From: Naegleria gruberi
Taxonomy: Eukaryota
DNA length: 64,000 bases
Direction: 5' to 3' (one strand)
NCBI GenBank assembly: GCA_000004985.1
Contig: GG738846.1
The position numbers were made by a program, and so were the translations under genes. Shown here in pieces: positions 1 to 10,739 of the stretch (within the stretch, counting starts at the first letter, position 1; each line of letters starts with the position of its first letter). The notes beneath the pieces were generated by a model that was not told the DNA's origin, made no database searches, and saw only the letters and a program-made list of their open reading frames with translations.

Positions 1-193
1 TGATTGGGTAACTAGGAAGAAGAGAGGCTTTGCTGCATCAAATATTTAATTCATGTGATGAAGTACAATTAATAATAAATTGATAGTTGTTTAATCAATT
101 CGGAATGTAATTGATAATGAGAGGAAAATTTAAACATCATGATGCAATGTTTCTTTTTCAAATTACGTTAAAACTCACACCATGTGATTTATT

Positions 194-3100
194 TCAATGC
201 TTTGATGAAGTTGTGGAAACATTAGAACTTGTACTCATTAGACTATCAGTACTGGCACTTGAAAGTCTTCGTCTTGATATCAAATCATTTGAATCGGCAT
301 TTCCATTAGAAAAGACTTCCATTAGACTTTGTAAACGTGGTGAAACAGCTGCTGGTTTGATTTGTTGAGTTTGAAGATTATTGGATTGACCATCTGTTTG
401 TTCATTTCTTTCGAATACTTGAGCTAAAAGACCAATCTTGGACATTTTCCTCTCGAATGGTGGTCTAGGAGATGTTTCTGTTGAAGAGCTAGTTGGACTA
501 CTGCTAGTTCCAAAAGGTGATAAATCTGAATCCAAATTCGTATTTGACATTGCAGAGTTTGGTGTTGTTAAGCTGCTTGAATTTATCAAATCAAAGATAG
601 ATTCTGTGAATTTGGACTTGTTGGAGAGGAGGAAACTGGCACCAACACTTCCACTGGCCATTGAAGCATTGGCAGCTGTTTTCCTTCTTGAAGACATAAC
701 CAAATTCTGATAAGCTTCAGTATTGGTGAATCTACTGTATGTATCGAATAATACCATTTCAACTTCCTTGTTTAGTCTGTCGAATAAATCGAGAGGAAGT
801 TTAACAAATGTTTCATCTTCACCTTTAGTTCTGAAAATTTGTCTTGCAGCTGTGGAAATTAGACGCTTGTTCACATTGACTTCTGAAGGAGAATCAGAAA
901 CAAGAAACTTATCATACATTTTCTGAGCGAATTTCCATCTTGCCTCCATATCTGTAATTGTTTTATACTTCTCGACATGATCGTAAAACTCAATATTTTC
1001 AGTACTGCACTCAATTTCTGAAAATGCACGAAGGTAGGATCTATAGTTGGTATTTCTCAATACCTCCTCGAAAGAAATTGGTTTAGAGGTGTCATTACCA
1101 ACAAATTGTTCAAACATCAAACAATTACTTGAAAAGTCAACTGGAGAATAGATAACTTGGAAGGCAAGGATTGGGAAATTTTGTAAATTGTTTACAGGAA
1201 GATTGGCATAATAGTCTAATTGCGTTTCGGTAATATTTGATTTTTTCAACAATTCAAAGAATGGAGCTTGATTGGATTTTCTTAGATGTTTGAGAATAAA
1301 ATTCAACACTCCAAATATTGAACCATTCACAGGACTGAAATCTTCCTTGTATTGGTGGAATAATGCTGGTAATTCAATGGAACTTTCTGTGCAAGCAAAG
1401 TTTTCATTGATATATCGTTTAGTACTTGACTCGATAATTCTTTCCATTGTTAATTGATCTATAGCTTGTGGTAAAGGGCTTGATTTTCTTCCGTCGGATA
1501 TTATGAAATGTATTCTTGGATCGAATTGGGATGAGAATGAGTCGTATGAATATTGCTTCTCCAGGAAATTTAGTTGATACTCTCTGAGATAGAACTTCCA
1601 TTCAGGTAACTGCTGTTCTCTCAAAATATAGTTCATGATATCGGACATACTGAGCTTATATCGACCAATAAGATAATTTGGTTCATTATAGAATTTTTCA
1701 TATTCTTCTTCAATGGCAATATACTTCTTTTCACAAAATGCGTGTGCTAACATTAAATTATGCAAATTGATAAAGAAACTCTTCTTTTGATTTCTATCCA
1801 GTTTGATCGGGTCAAAGTTTCTGAGCATGCTCGTGTATCTAATGGTTAGCTTGTAATTTTCCGATTGCTTGAATGAATAGTAGTCGATAGCTTGTTCAGA
1901 AACTAAAAAGTATTCCTTCTGTATAATTGCCATTAAATTTTCCAAAATAATCAATAATTTGATAGTATAGGTTGGAGCATCCAGTAAGAATGCACTATCT
2001 TGCGGTATTGAAATGGCATTAATTGCCTCTAATGGTACACTTCCTTTGTGGAATAGATTTGATATAAGCTCTCCCTCAGATAGGAGAGATGCCTTCTTCT
2101 TTTCTGGAATCACGTTGAGTATTTGACCGTTGTAAAATACAGGATTATCATTATCAACATATCTGTAAATGGTATTTGGTGAAAATTCCAAGTATTCGTA
2201 GGCGTTATATGGTACAGGTGATAAAAGTACAAGATTATTTGAAATGTCTCTACATCCATTAACATTCTTCCTCTGTGTATCCAAAATGAAAGATAATAAT
2301 TCTACAATATCAGTATCTGTCAAGTAACCTTGAGCTTTTTTCTTTAAATAATTGAAAATACTCTCACCATCTACAGTTAGTTTTATCTTTTCTATATGGA
2401 TAACGTTAGTTTCTTCTACAATAGTATCCCTCCTCTCTGGTTCTTGATTCAATTGGGTATACCGTCTAGTTTCTGGCCTTCTTCTTTCGAATTCAGATCT
2501 AGTTGTACTGGATGACGTCCTAGCATGGCCTTGATGAGTGCCAATTGATAAAATCTTGTTCAATTTTTGTTTGAAATTATTTTCCTCCAACTCAAGCCAA
2601 TTGGATCGAGTATAAATAATCTTATTAACACTCGGTGGACACTCAGATTTCATTTCATTCACTAATTTCCACATGTCTGAGTATTTCAAACCATCTGGCA
2701 GTAAATAGTTATGTGTCTCGTGTTCAAATAAAGGATTACAAAATTCCTCAAACTCTGTTTCCAAATTGACATTGATTTTAAATTCCTCTTCCAAGACACT
2801 TTCTTGCCATTCTTTACTTGTCAAAGTGGCCGTTATTGGATTAGTACTAACTGGTTGATTGCCATGCTTGATACTCATTCTCTTCAGTGTACCAGAAGCT
2901 CGAGATGATTTTCGCTTTTCTGCCTTCTTTTGAAGTGAAAAAGTTGAAGTTGTTGAGAGAGGATCTTTCAGTTTGGTAATTTTGTGTTTCATAAATTGTT
3001 GTAATTCTCTCTGGGCTGTTTGTGTTCTACAGAGACCACTCAAGCTCAGTGGATTAATAACCTCAGTCCACGAATCGGCAGGTGTTAAACTATCCAAATG

Positions 3101-4087
3101 TGAAACAAATTTTGAATCTTCTCTCGGTTTGCCATAGTGACATGTGTGATAAAACATGAGTAAATGATCTGGAATTTCTTCTTCAATTTCACAGAGTGGA
3201 TTGACAAAGTCATTAATTTCCTCTTCAAAGAGAGGATTCGAATAATTTATCCACACTCGCTCATTTTCACTATCATTCTTATAGGAAGAACTTTCCAATC
3301 GACTCACTTGATTCTTATCTATCAGAATATCCTTCAACGTCAGCAGTGAATTGTTATTATTATTATTATTATTTGTGGCCAACTTTGAACTACTATTTCT
3401 TTCATTATCATCATCATCATTTGCAACAATACCAAAATCATGAACATCATTCGATAGTGTTGAATTAGTGGAAGATTCGGTTTTTTGTTCAGTGGAATTC
3501 AGCTCAAATTCAAAGTCATCACTATCCAAATCAATTCTCCTCTGCACATAGTCATGTTCCTCATCGAGGTCCTTTCTAAATCTCACTAGAAAGATGGCAC
3601 ATGCTCCCGAAAAATCCCTCTTCATTAATTTACACTGTTCATGATGAAGTTTGGATGGTAAAATTTGATGTGAAATGTGTTGCTTCTTATTGTAGGCTCT
3701 ATTTCTATTGTAGCCGTCAATTGTATTCAACATGAGAGAATCTGATGAACTATCGAATGTAAAGGAGGAGGAAAAAGTCGATCGATTACTTGTACCAACA
3801 CCACTCAAAACACTACTACTCGTATTTTGATCATTCGATGATGAAGAGAGGGTATTATCCTGACATTCGTCGTTATGCATTGAGTCATCAAAATTATTTT
3901 CTTCGCAAATTGATAATGTCGATGATACTGATGTTGAAATAATATCATGTGATGATGATAGGGCGCTACTACAAATAATGATCGTATTGTTGTTTAGACT
4001 ATTGATAGTATCGGTCATTGCAATTTTCTTGTTTGTTTTTGTTACAAGACGACGACGACGATGATTCTGAAGTGCAAGAGTCAGCAA
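194..4087 (-). CDS. RGS-domain protein (regulator of G-protein signalling domain at C-terminus), Asn/Ser-rich, 1297 aa
   Basis: Single uninterrupted 1297-codon ORF. The last ~130 aa match the RGS consensus (FEEVLRNTNYRSYLRAFSEIECSTENIEFY ... KFAQKMYDKFL ... EVNVN ... VLFDTYSRFTNTEAY). There is a poly-N tract (NNNNNNNN) and S/T-rich low complexity. No other domain recognised. Confidence 0.6.
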   Translation of the reverse strand: MLTLALQNHRRRRLVTKTNKKIAMTDTINSLNNNTIIICSSALSSSHDIISTSVSSTLSICEENNFDDSMHNDECQDNTLSSSSNDQNTSSSVLSGVGTSNRSTFSSSFTFDSSSDSLMLNTIDGYNRNRAYNKKQHISHQILPSKLHHEQCKLMKRDFSGACAIFLVRFRKDLDEEHDYVQRRIDLDSDDFEFELNSTEQKTESSTNSTLSNDVHDFGIVANDDDDNERNSSSKLATNNNNNNNNSLLTLKDILIDKNQVSRLESSSYKNDSENERVWINYSNPLFEEEINDFVNPLCEIEEEIPDHLLMFYHTCHYGKPREDSKFVSHLDSLTPADSWTEVINPLSLSGLCRTQTAQRELQQFMKHKITKLKDPLSTTSTFSLQKKAEKRKSSRASGTLKRMSIKHGNQPVSTNPITATLTSKEWQESVLEEEFKINVNLETEFEEFCNPLFEHETHNYLLPDGLKYSDMWKLVNEMKSECPPSVNKIIYTRSNWLELEENNFKQKLNKILSIGTHQGHARTSSSTTRSEFERRRPETRRYTQLNQEPERRDTIVEETNVIHIEKIKLTVDGESIFNYLKKKAQGYLTDTDIVELLSFILDTQRKNVNGCRDISNNLVLLSPVPYNAYEYLEFSPNTIYRYVDNDNPVFYNGQILNVIPEKKKASLLSEGELISNLFHKGSVPLEAINAISIPQDSAFLLDAPTYTIKLLIILENLMAIIQKEYFLVSEQAIDYYSFKQSENYKLTIRYTSMLRNFDPIKLDRNQKKSFFINLHNLMLAHAFCEKKYIAIEEEYEKFYNEPNYLIGRYKLSMSDIMNYILREQQLPEWKFYLREYQLNFLEKQYSYDSFSSQFDPRIHFIISDGRKSSPLPQAIDQLTMERIIESSTKRYINENFACTESSIELPALFHQYKEDFSPVNGSIFGVLNFILKHLRKSNQAPFFELLKKSNITETQLDYYANLPVNNLQNFPILAFQVIYSPVDFSSNCLMFEQFVGNDTSKPISFEEVLRNTNYRSYLRAFSEIECSTENIEFYDHVEKYKTITDMEARWKFAQKMYDKFLVSDSPSEVNVNKRLISTAARQIFRTKGEDETFVKLPLDLFDRLNKEVEMVLFDTYSRFTNTEAYQNLVMSSRRKTAANASMASGSVGASFLLSNKSKFTESIFDLINSSSLTTPNSAMSNTNLDSDLSPFGTSSSPTSSSTETSPRPPFERKMSKIGLLAQVFERNEQTDGQSNNLQTQQIKPAAVSPRLQSLMEVFSNGNADSNDLISRRRLSSASTDSLMSTSSNVSTTSSKH

Positions 4088-4275
4088 TCAAAAGAAGGGC
4101 GGATTTTAAAATCGTTTCACACCTGTGTCGCTGATTCTATTTTTTTTTGATATGACTGTTCGTTATCAAAAGTTGTGTTTGTAAATCAGGTACAAAGCTA
4201 CTTGACTGTTCCGTTAAAAGTACGTGACGATTGATTGAAATCAGTGATAATCAAGATTTAATTCAATTATTTTCA

Positions 4276-6183
4276 TTAATTTCTGTAATAAAACGATCCT
4301 CTGTTTGCTACTTGTGTTGCATTTGCAGCTGAATCAGCAGCAGCTTGTTTTTCTCTATTATATTTTCGTTTCAAGTAGGCGATAACAACTACGGCAATTA
4401 CAAGACAAGTGACAAAAGCAAGCAATATTGAGGCTGCGCCAACTCTAAAGTGGAAAGGAATAATTTGGCTCTCATCAGAAGGATTGCTTTCTTCTGGAAC
4501 TACCTCAGATTGTTCAACATGCAATATTTCACTACCATGCAATGTGAGTCCAATCTTTTTTAGATGTGCAACATTGGCTACACTTGTGTAAATTGAAAAT
4601 GACCAAACACCAGTGGCAGTTTCATTCCAGAACTGAACAGATGTGAATGTTTGATCCTCAATATCACTAGAGTGGTCATTTCTTCTACCTCTGCCCATCA
4701 TACTAATAGTTCCAGCTGGGGAACGAAGAGCAAAATAAACACTACCTCTAGATGGCACTGAAACAGTGAGACTGATAACAGCTGATTCTACTTTCATTTT
4801 CTTTTTAACTTCAAAGAGAACAATGGTTGGACTGGTGCTACTCTCGGAAAGTTTGAGTCCCTCTGAACCCAATTCAAGATCTGGTCCAAATGATTCAATG
4901 AGATATGGAGAGGAAATTAATGACCAACTCATTGCTGCTTGAACAGCTGCATAAGCATCAATTCTACCAAATCCATAATGAATGTTGTGATAGAGGCCGG
5001 CTCCATTCTTAATCCATTCTGAATGAGTGAGGTCAGTTCTTTTTGCTGTTGCAACAAGAATGTGTTGAACATCTCTCCATGTTAAATCTCTTCTTGCCTG
5101 CAATATGAGTGCCAAAACACCAGCTGCGAGAGGGCATGCAGAGCTAGTACCTCCAAATGAATCATAGCAATCCCCACTGGTGTATCCATTACTTCCTGTT
5201 CTATCAATGGTGACAATCTTACTTGTGAAAGAATAACCACCATTGTAATAGTTATTTGATGGAGCATTAATCAATGTGCTTGTACCAGATTCACTATAGT
5301 CACTTCTCTTACCACGCCAATCAGTGGCAGCAACGCAAATAGTGTAGGGACTATTGGCCAATTCATCCCAATCAGAAGAGTCTCCATACTTGGCACCATT
5401 ACCACTTGCCCAGACATAGATATTTCCAAGACCATTTCTTCCCTTTTGAATACCATTTACCAATGCCATAATAGAGAGTGGATATCTTTCAACGGTTACA
5501 CCATCATCAGAAGGTCCATAACTATTACTATAAATATCAATTCTATCATTGAAATGAGAAAGAGCTTCAGCAACAACTGAATCAGAATAGGCATCACCTA
5601 AGGCACGAATTGAGGCAACATTGGATTCAAAAGCAGCTCCAACACCACACTTGTGATTATTGGATCGGCCACAACAAACACCAGCACAAGAAGTACCATG
5701 ATTATCACCACTACCTCCTGGAGCTCCATACTCCGAAGGAGTTCCATAAGAACTCACATCCTTACTCAAATCTTCTTGAAAACCACATTCCAGATCAGGA
5801 TGATCATACTGCACACCATCATCAACAATTGCCAATGTTATATTGTATCCAGCTAAACGATATTTCTCCCAAACAGGCCAAATATTTACATCATTTCCAG
5901 GTGAACCAGAATCTTGATCTCCAAAACCAACCGATTGTGATTGCCCATTATTCTTCAAGTGCCATTGCTTTGGGTAGAGTGGGTCTTGTCCAATTATTTC
6001 CGAAACTGATACATTATGTTGATGAGAGAGTAAATAAAATTGTGAACATTCTGATAATGGTTTTCCACTGACCATTGATGTGGGTGATACGACAAGTAAT
6101 AGCATCACCATCATCATGATTAATAAATATGTTGTTATCATCATCACTCGCTTGATATTATTATTGTTCATCATATTTATCAT
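4276..6183 (-). CDS. Kexin/furin-like subtilisin proprotein convertase (S8 peptidase with P-domain and C-terminal TM anchor)
   Basis: 635-aa ORF. N-terminal signal/TM peptide. Catalytic triad motifs DDGVQYDHPDL (Asp), HGTSCAGV (His), GTSSACPLAAGVLAL (Ser). A P/homoB-like domain follows, then a hydrophobic segment (LLAFVTCLVIAVVVIAYL) and a short cytoplasmic tail, as in Kex2/furin. Confidence 0.85.
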   Translation of the reverse strand: MINMMNNNNIKRVMMITTYLLIMMMVMLLLVVSPTSMVSGKPLSECSQFYLLSHQHNVSVSEIIGQDPLYPKQWHLKNNGQSQSVGFGDQDSGSPGNDVNIWPVWEKYRLAGYNITLAIVDDGVQYDHPDLECGFQEDLSKDVSSYGTPSEYGAPGGSGDNHGTSCAGVCCGRSNNHKCGVGAAFESNVASIRALGDAYSDSVVAEALSHFNDRIDIYSNSYGPSDDGVTVERYPLSIMALVNGIQKGRNGLGNIYVWASGNGAKYGDSSDWDELANSPYTICVAATDWRGKRSDYSESGTSTLINAPSNNYYNGGYSFTSKIVTIDRTGSNGYTSGDCYDSFGGTSSACPLAAGVLALILQARRDLTWRDVQHILVATAKRTDLTHSEWIKNGAGLYHNIHYGFGRIDAYAAVQAAMSWSLISSPYLIESFGPDLELGSEGLKLSESSTSPTIVLFEVKKKMKVESAVISLTVSVPSRGSVYFALRSPAGTISMMGRGRRNDHSSDIEDQTFTSVQFWNETATGVWSFSIYTSVANVAHLKKIGLTLHGSEILHVEQSEVVPEESNPSDESQIIPFHFRVGAASILLAFVTCLVIAVVVIAYLKRKYNREKQAAADSAANATQVANRGSFYYRN

Positions 6184-6590
6184 TAAACACTCTTCAAAAT
6201 TCCTTTTAATTTAAATTCCTAAAAAACAATATATATACAAATCCACACTAATAACAACACTACTATTGCTCAACAAAGTACAGCGGGTTATTTAGAAGTT
6301 TTTGATGAGGAATTTTTTTAGCATCTATTAAATATCCAAAGCAGTTCGAGAGTAGAACATAATTAGATGCCTGACAAGATAATGTTCTTAGAGTGATGAT
6401 CTATTCATTATCAGCTTAGTTTAATTTGCTAACAGTCTGTGCTTATTCCATGTCGATAATTCTTTAAATTCAAAAATCATAAATTGAGAATAAGGTAAAA
6501 AAAGGTAAATAATTGTACATTATTAAATTTTATGTGTCACATTTAAATTACATTAGAATCTATACAAAGTTTCCAAAAAAACTTGAATTA

Positions 6591-7365
6591 TTAATCAGAA
6601 TCATCACTATCACTATCTATGCTCTTGGATCCTTGCAATGGTACATAGTCAGCAGAAGAATCTCCACTGCCTCCCTTTCCACCACCAAATTTAGTGGCAT
6701 AGACGTGTCTACAACAATCAAACATACATACAATACAAGCAACAGTTGCCAAACACAAAGAAATTGGTGGAACAATTTGTAAGACAATGTTTGCATCCAT
6801 AACAGTTTTGTAAGTGTCACCCTTAATAATGAACAAGATATAATAAACAATTACACCAATGTGCAACAAGGCAGCGATAATATCAAGAATGATACCAACA
6901 ACCTTTTGACAGAGGCCAATAATCAAAGCTAAAAGAGTCAATACTGCCACAATGAAAACTATTTCCAAATATTAGTTTCTCCAAAATGTATCGATAACTT
7001 ACAAGGACACATATGTAACCAGAAGGTACCATTCGAACAAACATCATCGGAAGCACTACTTGTCGATGCACAGAAAGTTCCTTTAAAGATAAATGGCACA
7101 GACTGTATTCGGGTAAGAAGTAACACAGAATTTAGCACGATCATTATACAAATCATATTATCCACAAATCATGTCCGATATTAATATTTGACCATCATGA
7201 TGAATATATACAACCAATTTACAATGATGACTCTCGATAAACAAAAGCATAAATAATAATACTAACAAATTCAAAAGCCAAAAACAAAACAGTTATGGCC
7301 AATATAATAATTGTAATAATATGTCTCTTGAGAGTCTTGACGATTCCTCCTCCTGCGGCAGCCAT
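6591..7365 (-). CDS. Small ~200-aa four-pass membrane protein, 3 exons: complement(join(6591..6958,7003..7102,7267..7365))
   Basis: ATG at 7365 (MAAAGGGIVKTLKRH..., TM1). Donor GTTAGT follows 7267 and acceptor ...gaatacag|7102. Exon 2 carries a Cys-containing loop (SVPFIFKGTFCASTSSASDDVCSNGTFWLHMCP). Donor GTAAGT at 7002..6997 and acceptor ...ggaaatag|6958. Exon 3 is the ORF-track 125-aa ORF with three further TM helices and an acidic SD-rich tail. Phases are consistent (0 and 1). No family assignment. Confidence 0.45.
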
Positions 7366-7817
7366 AGTACTATTGATTGTGTTTTAAATTCCAAGCAGCT
7401 GCTTCTTGTTTTTGAAAGGGTGGTTGGATATTTTTTTAAATAAAAGAGAGCTCTGTGCCGCACTCTGAAATATTTTGTTTCAGCATTGAAGATGAAAAGT
7501 AATGAGGTGGTGAATTATTTTACCCTTTCGCTGAACATCAATATTTTTATTATTATGATACTACAACAATGTCAAAGTAAGAAAATAGAGTGGTTGGAAA
7601 GCATTGTGTCTTGCTACATGTATCATAATTAAGAAGAATAAATATTGAGAATCGATTAATAAATTTCTTTTGTAAGGATTCTAAATGAAGATCAATTCCA
7701 TGTTTGTTTTGACGTAAAACACTCCAATATACAGTGTTTCTACTTTGACAAAAATAGCCAGGTATACTGATTGTACAATTTTGGAGGGAAACTAGACAAA
7801 GAATACAATAAATTATT

Positions 7818-10688
7818 TTATTCATTGTAATTTTCATAATTATTATTATAATTATTGTTGTAATTATTGTTGAACTTTTTATAGCCTCCTTGCTTCCAAT
7901 TTGATCCACCTTCTTCATTGTAAGATTCAGAATTACTATTATCATTATAATTATTGTCGTATTTGTTGTTTCGATAATTGTCTCCATAACCCTTATTGTT
8001 ACCATAGCTGTTGTTGTTGTTATTATAGCTATTGTATTTGTTTTCATATGTATTATTATAAGAGTCATCAACTTGCTCATTTTGATAATTAGTATCATTG
8101 TTATTGTCGTAATTATTTTCAGAATACTTGTTATAGTTATTATTTCTATTAAATCCACCCTTGTTATAGTTATCTCTATTATTTCTATAATTATTGTTAT
8201 TATCTTGATTGTTTTGGTCGTATCCTTCTTGTTGCTCGTTGTTATTATTGTTATAGTTATTATAATTGTTGTTATAGTTTCCTCTATCATTTCTATTATA
8301 ACCTCCTCTATCATTGTAAGAGTTGTTGTTATTGTTTCTATCTCCAAAATTATTGTAATTATTATTGAATCCTCTATCAAATGTCTTTTGTTGGAAACCA
8401 TCTTTGAATTTCTTTCTATGTGGATTAAGAACGTCAACACTGGCTAAACCTCTCTTGAGAGATTCTACTTTTTGCTTGTGTGAAGTGGCAATAGACCGTT
8501 TGATTTCAAAAGTCTTCTTTGGATTGACAAGATAGTCTCTTTGATGTTTGATAATGTTATCTGTACCTAGAGTGTTATTATTGAGCTTGTTCATGAAACT
8601 TTCTACAGGTGCAGCATTCTCCATTCTTTCAATAGTTTGTTCAACAAAGACTTGTTGGAAGTGGAACAGAGGATCCTTAGCTTTGATTTCAACTTGTAAT
8701 TTCTTACTGACCAAAGATTTCATATCGAGAGATTTTGGCTGTAAGGATTTGCCCTTGCTGTAGACATCAGTCTTGCTTCTAATTGTATCTCCCTTAGCTG
8801 TTATATTGGCAAGTAAACCTGCCTTAAGAAGTACAGGATCTTGTCTTACCAATCCTGGATTAGCCTCTTCAAATTCAACATTGGATGGAGGTTCCATATC
8901 GTGAGAAACTGGCTTACCCATTGCAAGTCTTATTTGATTGGAAATTTCCATCTCAACAGCTTCCTTATACTTGTCAGCGAATGCCTTGTTAAAATGCTCA
9001 ACAAGTAAACTAGCACGATATTGGTTTTCAAACACTTGGTCCATATCAATGTGAGGATATGGAGTTAGGCCATCCTCAATACCATATTTTGATTCAATTT
9101 CCTTCTTTAAATTTTCCCATTCTGCCTTATCAGCATATGGTTGAACAAATGTGACTGAAACACCAACATTACCAGCTCTGGCAGTACGTCCAACACCGTG
9201 AATATACTCTGTACATGATTTAGGCAAGTCAAAGTACAAGACTGCAGCAACTCTCTTGTAATCAATACCTCTAGAAAGGTGAGAAACTGTTGTACTGTGC
9301 TTGGTTTTATCAATACCTTTGGCACGTCTTTCTAATTGTTCAATCATTTCGGTAAATCTATTGGCAACATATAATTCATCCTTTGCTTTTTGATCTTCTT
9401 CCTCATTGTTTGCTTCTGGTTCCATGGTACTGATCAAAACTTGATATTCATTAGTATTGAATCTCTTAATAATATCAATTTTAGAAAGTGTTGGATAGAA
9501 ATATGGCAACATGGCACAATTTACACCAAAAGCTTTGAGTCCAAAATAGACAAAGAATAACTTATTTGCAGGCACGTAAACTATCACTCTGCCTCCATAA
9601 AATTTGTGATTGATAAAGTGATAGAGAAGCATTATAGAGTTAACCTTGATGTTTGGAAGTTTGGCTTGCATAATGTTCATATCTACATAGTATTGATAGA
9701 GTTTTCCTTCTAATGCTTGTGTTCTTCTGTCAAGTTGAATAACAACTGGATCTTTAAGTAATTGTTGTCGAAGTGTAACAGCTTGTTCTGCTTTCAGCGT
9801 GGCACTTGTGAGAATACATTGGAAAATACCTGGTAAATTCTTATTTACCAAAGTTTTAATCAATTCAAGTTGACTACGAATAATTTGATCAGCTTCATCG
9901 ATAATAACAAGTTTGAGAGACTCCTTTAAGGAAATTGATGAATTATTCAATGCATAGGTAAGAGATTCTGGAGTTGTTATCAAAATTGGATGTTGGATAT
10001 CACATAAATCCTTAATATCTTGTTGTAATTGATTCAATTCACTTCTGAAATAAATACAATTGCATTCATCTCTACAAAAATGTGCTAATAACTTCCATTG
10101 TTGATGTACTTGAATGCATAATTCCTGAGAAGGAACAAGATAAAGTACTCGTACACCTCTCTTTTCAACTGATGAGTTATCTAATGTTGTCACATTGTTG
10201 TTAATTAAATTTTCTGCAATTTTCTTCACTCTATTTGTTTCTTGTGTAATTTGATTAATTTTCTTCTCATGTAAAACCATTTGAATAGAAGGTATCAAAA
10301 AAGCTGCTGTTTTACCTGTTCCTGTTGATGAACTGCAAACAATATCCTTTCCTGACAAGGCAATAGGAATGGCAATTTGTTGTACACGAGTTGGTTCGTG
10401 AAAACCTTGTCTAAACACTGAACTTATTATTCTTCTATCCAAACCGAAAGACTTCCAACTTTCAATCACTGGAAATTCCTTGCAATCATTCGGATCCTCT
10501 ATGACTTGAATTTTATGTTTTTTAATGTGGAGGTTATCCGATAAACTAGAGAATTGTTTTTTAGCTATTGTGTGTACTTCCTCATCGGCTGTATAATATT
10601 CAATATTGCTCTCATCTTCATCCGAATAGTCAGAGTGGTTATCCCTGCTCGTCGACGATTCATTATTCTTTTTCTTGTTGTTCAACAT
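7818..10688 (-). CDS. DEAD-box ATP-dependent RNA helicase with ~190-aa Asn/Tyr/Gly-rich C-terminal low-complexity tail
   Basis: 956-aa ORF. Helicase motifs present: Q motif (TRVQQIAIP), motif I (SSTGTGKTAAF), DEAD (VIIDEADQII), SAT (LTSATL), motif VI (HGVGRTARAG). The C-terminus is dominated by NNYNN/RNN/GYDQNN repeats. Probably a nucleolar ribosome-biogenesis type. Confidence 0.85.
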   Translation of the reverse strand: MLNNKKKNNESSTSRDNHSDYSDEDESNIEYYTADEEVHTIAKKQFSSLSDNLHIKKHKIQVIEDPNDCKEFPVIESWKSFGLDRRIISSVFRQGFHEPTRVQQIAIPIALSGKDIVCSSSTGTGKTAAFLIPSIQMVLHEKKINQITQETNRVKKIAENLINNNVTTLDNSSVEKRGVRVLYLVPSQELCIQVHQQWKLLAHFCRDECNCIYFRSELNQLQQDIKDLCDIQHPILITTPESLTYALNNSSISLKESLKLVIIDEADQIIRSQLELIKTLVNKNLPGIFQCILTSATLKAEQAVTLRQQLLKDPVVIQLDRRTQALEGKLYQYYVDMNIMQAKLPNIKVNSIMLLYHFINHKFYGGRVIVYVPANKLFFVYFGLKAFGVNCAMLPYFYPTLSKIDIIKRFNTNEYQVLISTMEPEANNEEEDQKAKDELYVANRFTEMIEQLERRAKGIDKTKHSTTVSHLSRGIDYKRVAAVLYFDLPKSCTEYIHGVGRTARAGNVGVSVTFVQPYADKAEWENLKKEIESKYGIEDGLTPYPHIDMDQVFENQYRASLLVEHFNKAFADKYKEAVEMEISNQIRLAMGKPVSHDMEPPSNVEFEEANPGLVRQDPVLLKAGLLANITAKGDTIRSKTDVYSKGKSLQPKSLDMKSLVSKKLQVEIKAKDPLFHFQQVFVEQTIERMENAAPVESFMNKLNNNTLGTDNIIKHQRDYLVNPKKTFEIKRSIATSHKQKVESLKRGLASVDVLNPHRKKFKDGFQQKTFDRGFNNNYNNFGDRNNNNNSYNDRGGYNRNDRGNYNNNYNNYNNNNNEQQEGYDQNNQDNNNNYRNNRDNYNKGGFNRNNNYNKYSENNYDNNNDTNYQNEQVDDSYNNTYENKYNSYNNNNNSYGNNKGYGDNYRNNKYDNNYNDNSNSESYNEEGGSNWKQGGYKKFNNNYNNNYNNNYENYNE

Positions 10689-10739
10689 TTTTTTTGTTCA
10701 AGTTTTTTGTTATTGTTGTTGTGAATTAAAAGTACATTT

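Noticed and set aside
5610-6071. His-rich ORF 5610..6071 (+) and 5653..5856 (+)
   Set aside because: Antisense to the well-supported kexin coding region, with no independent signal.
7553-8447. ORFs 7553..8440 (-) and 8073..8447 (+) encoding Ile/Thr/Val-rich 'proteins'
   Set aside because: They are alternative-frame or antisense translations of the AAT/TAT-rich repeat that encodes the N/Y-rich tail of the DEAD-box helicase. The composition is pure repeat artefact.
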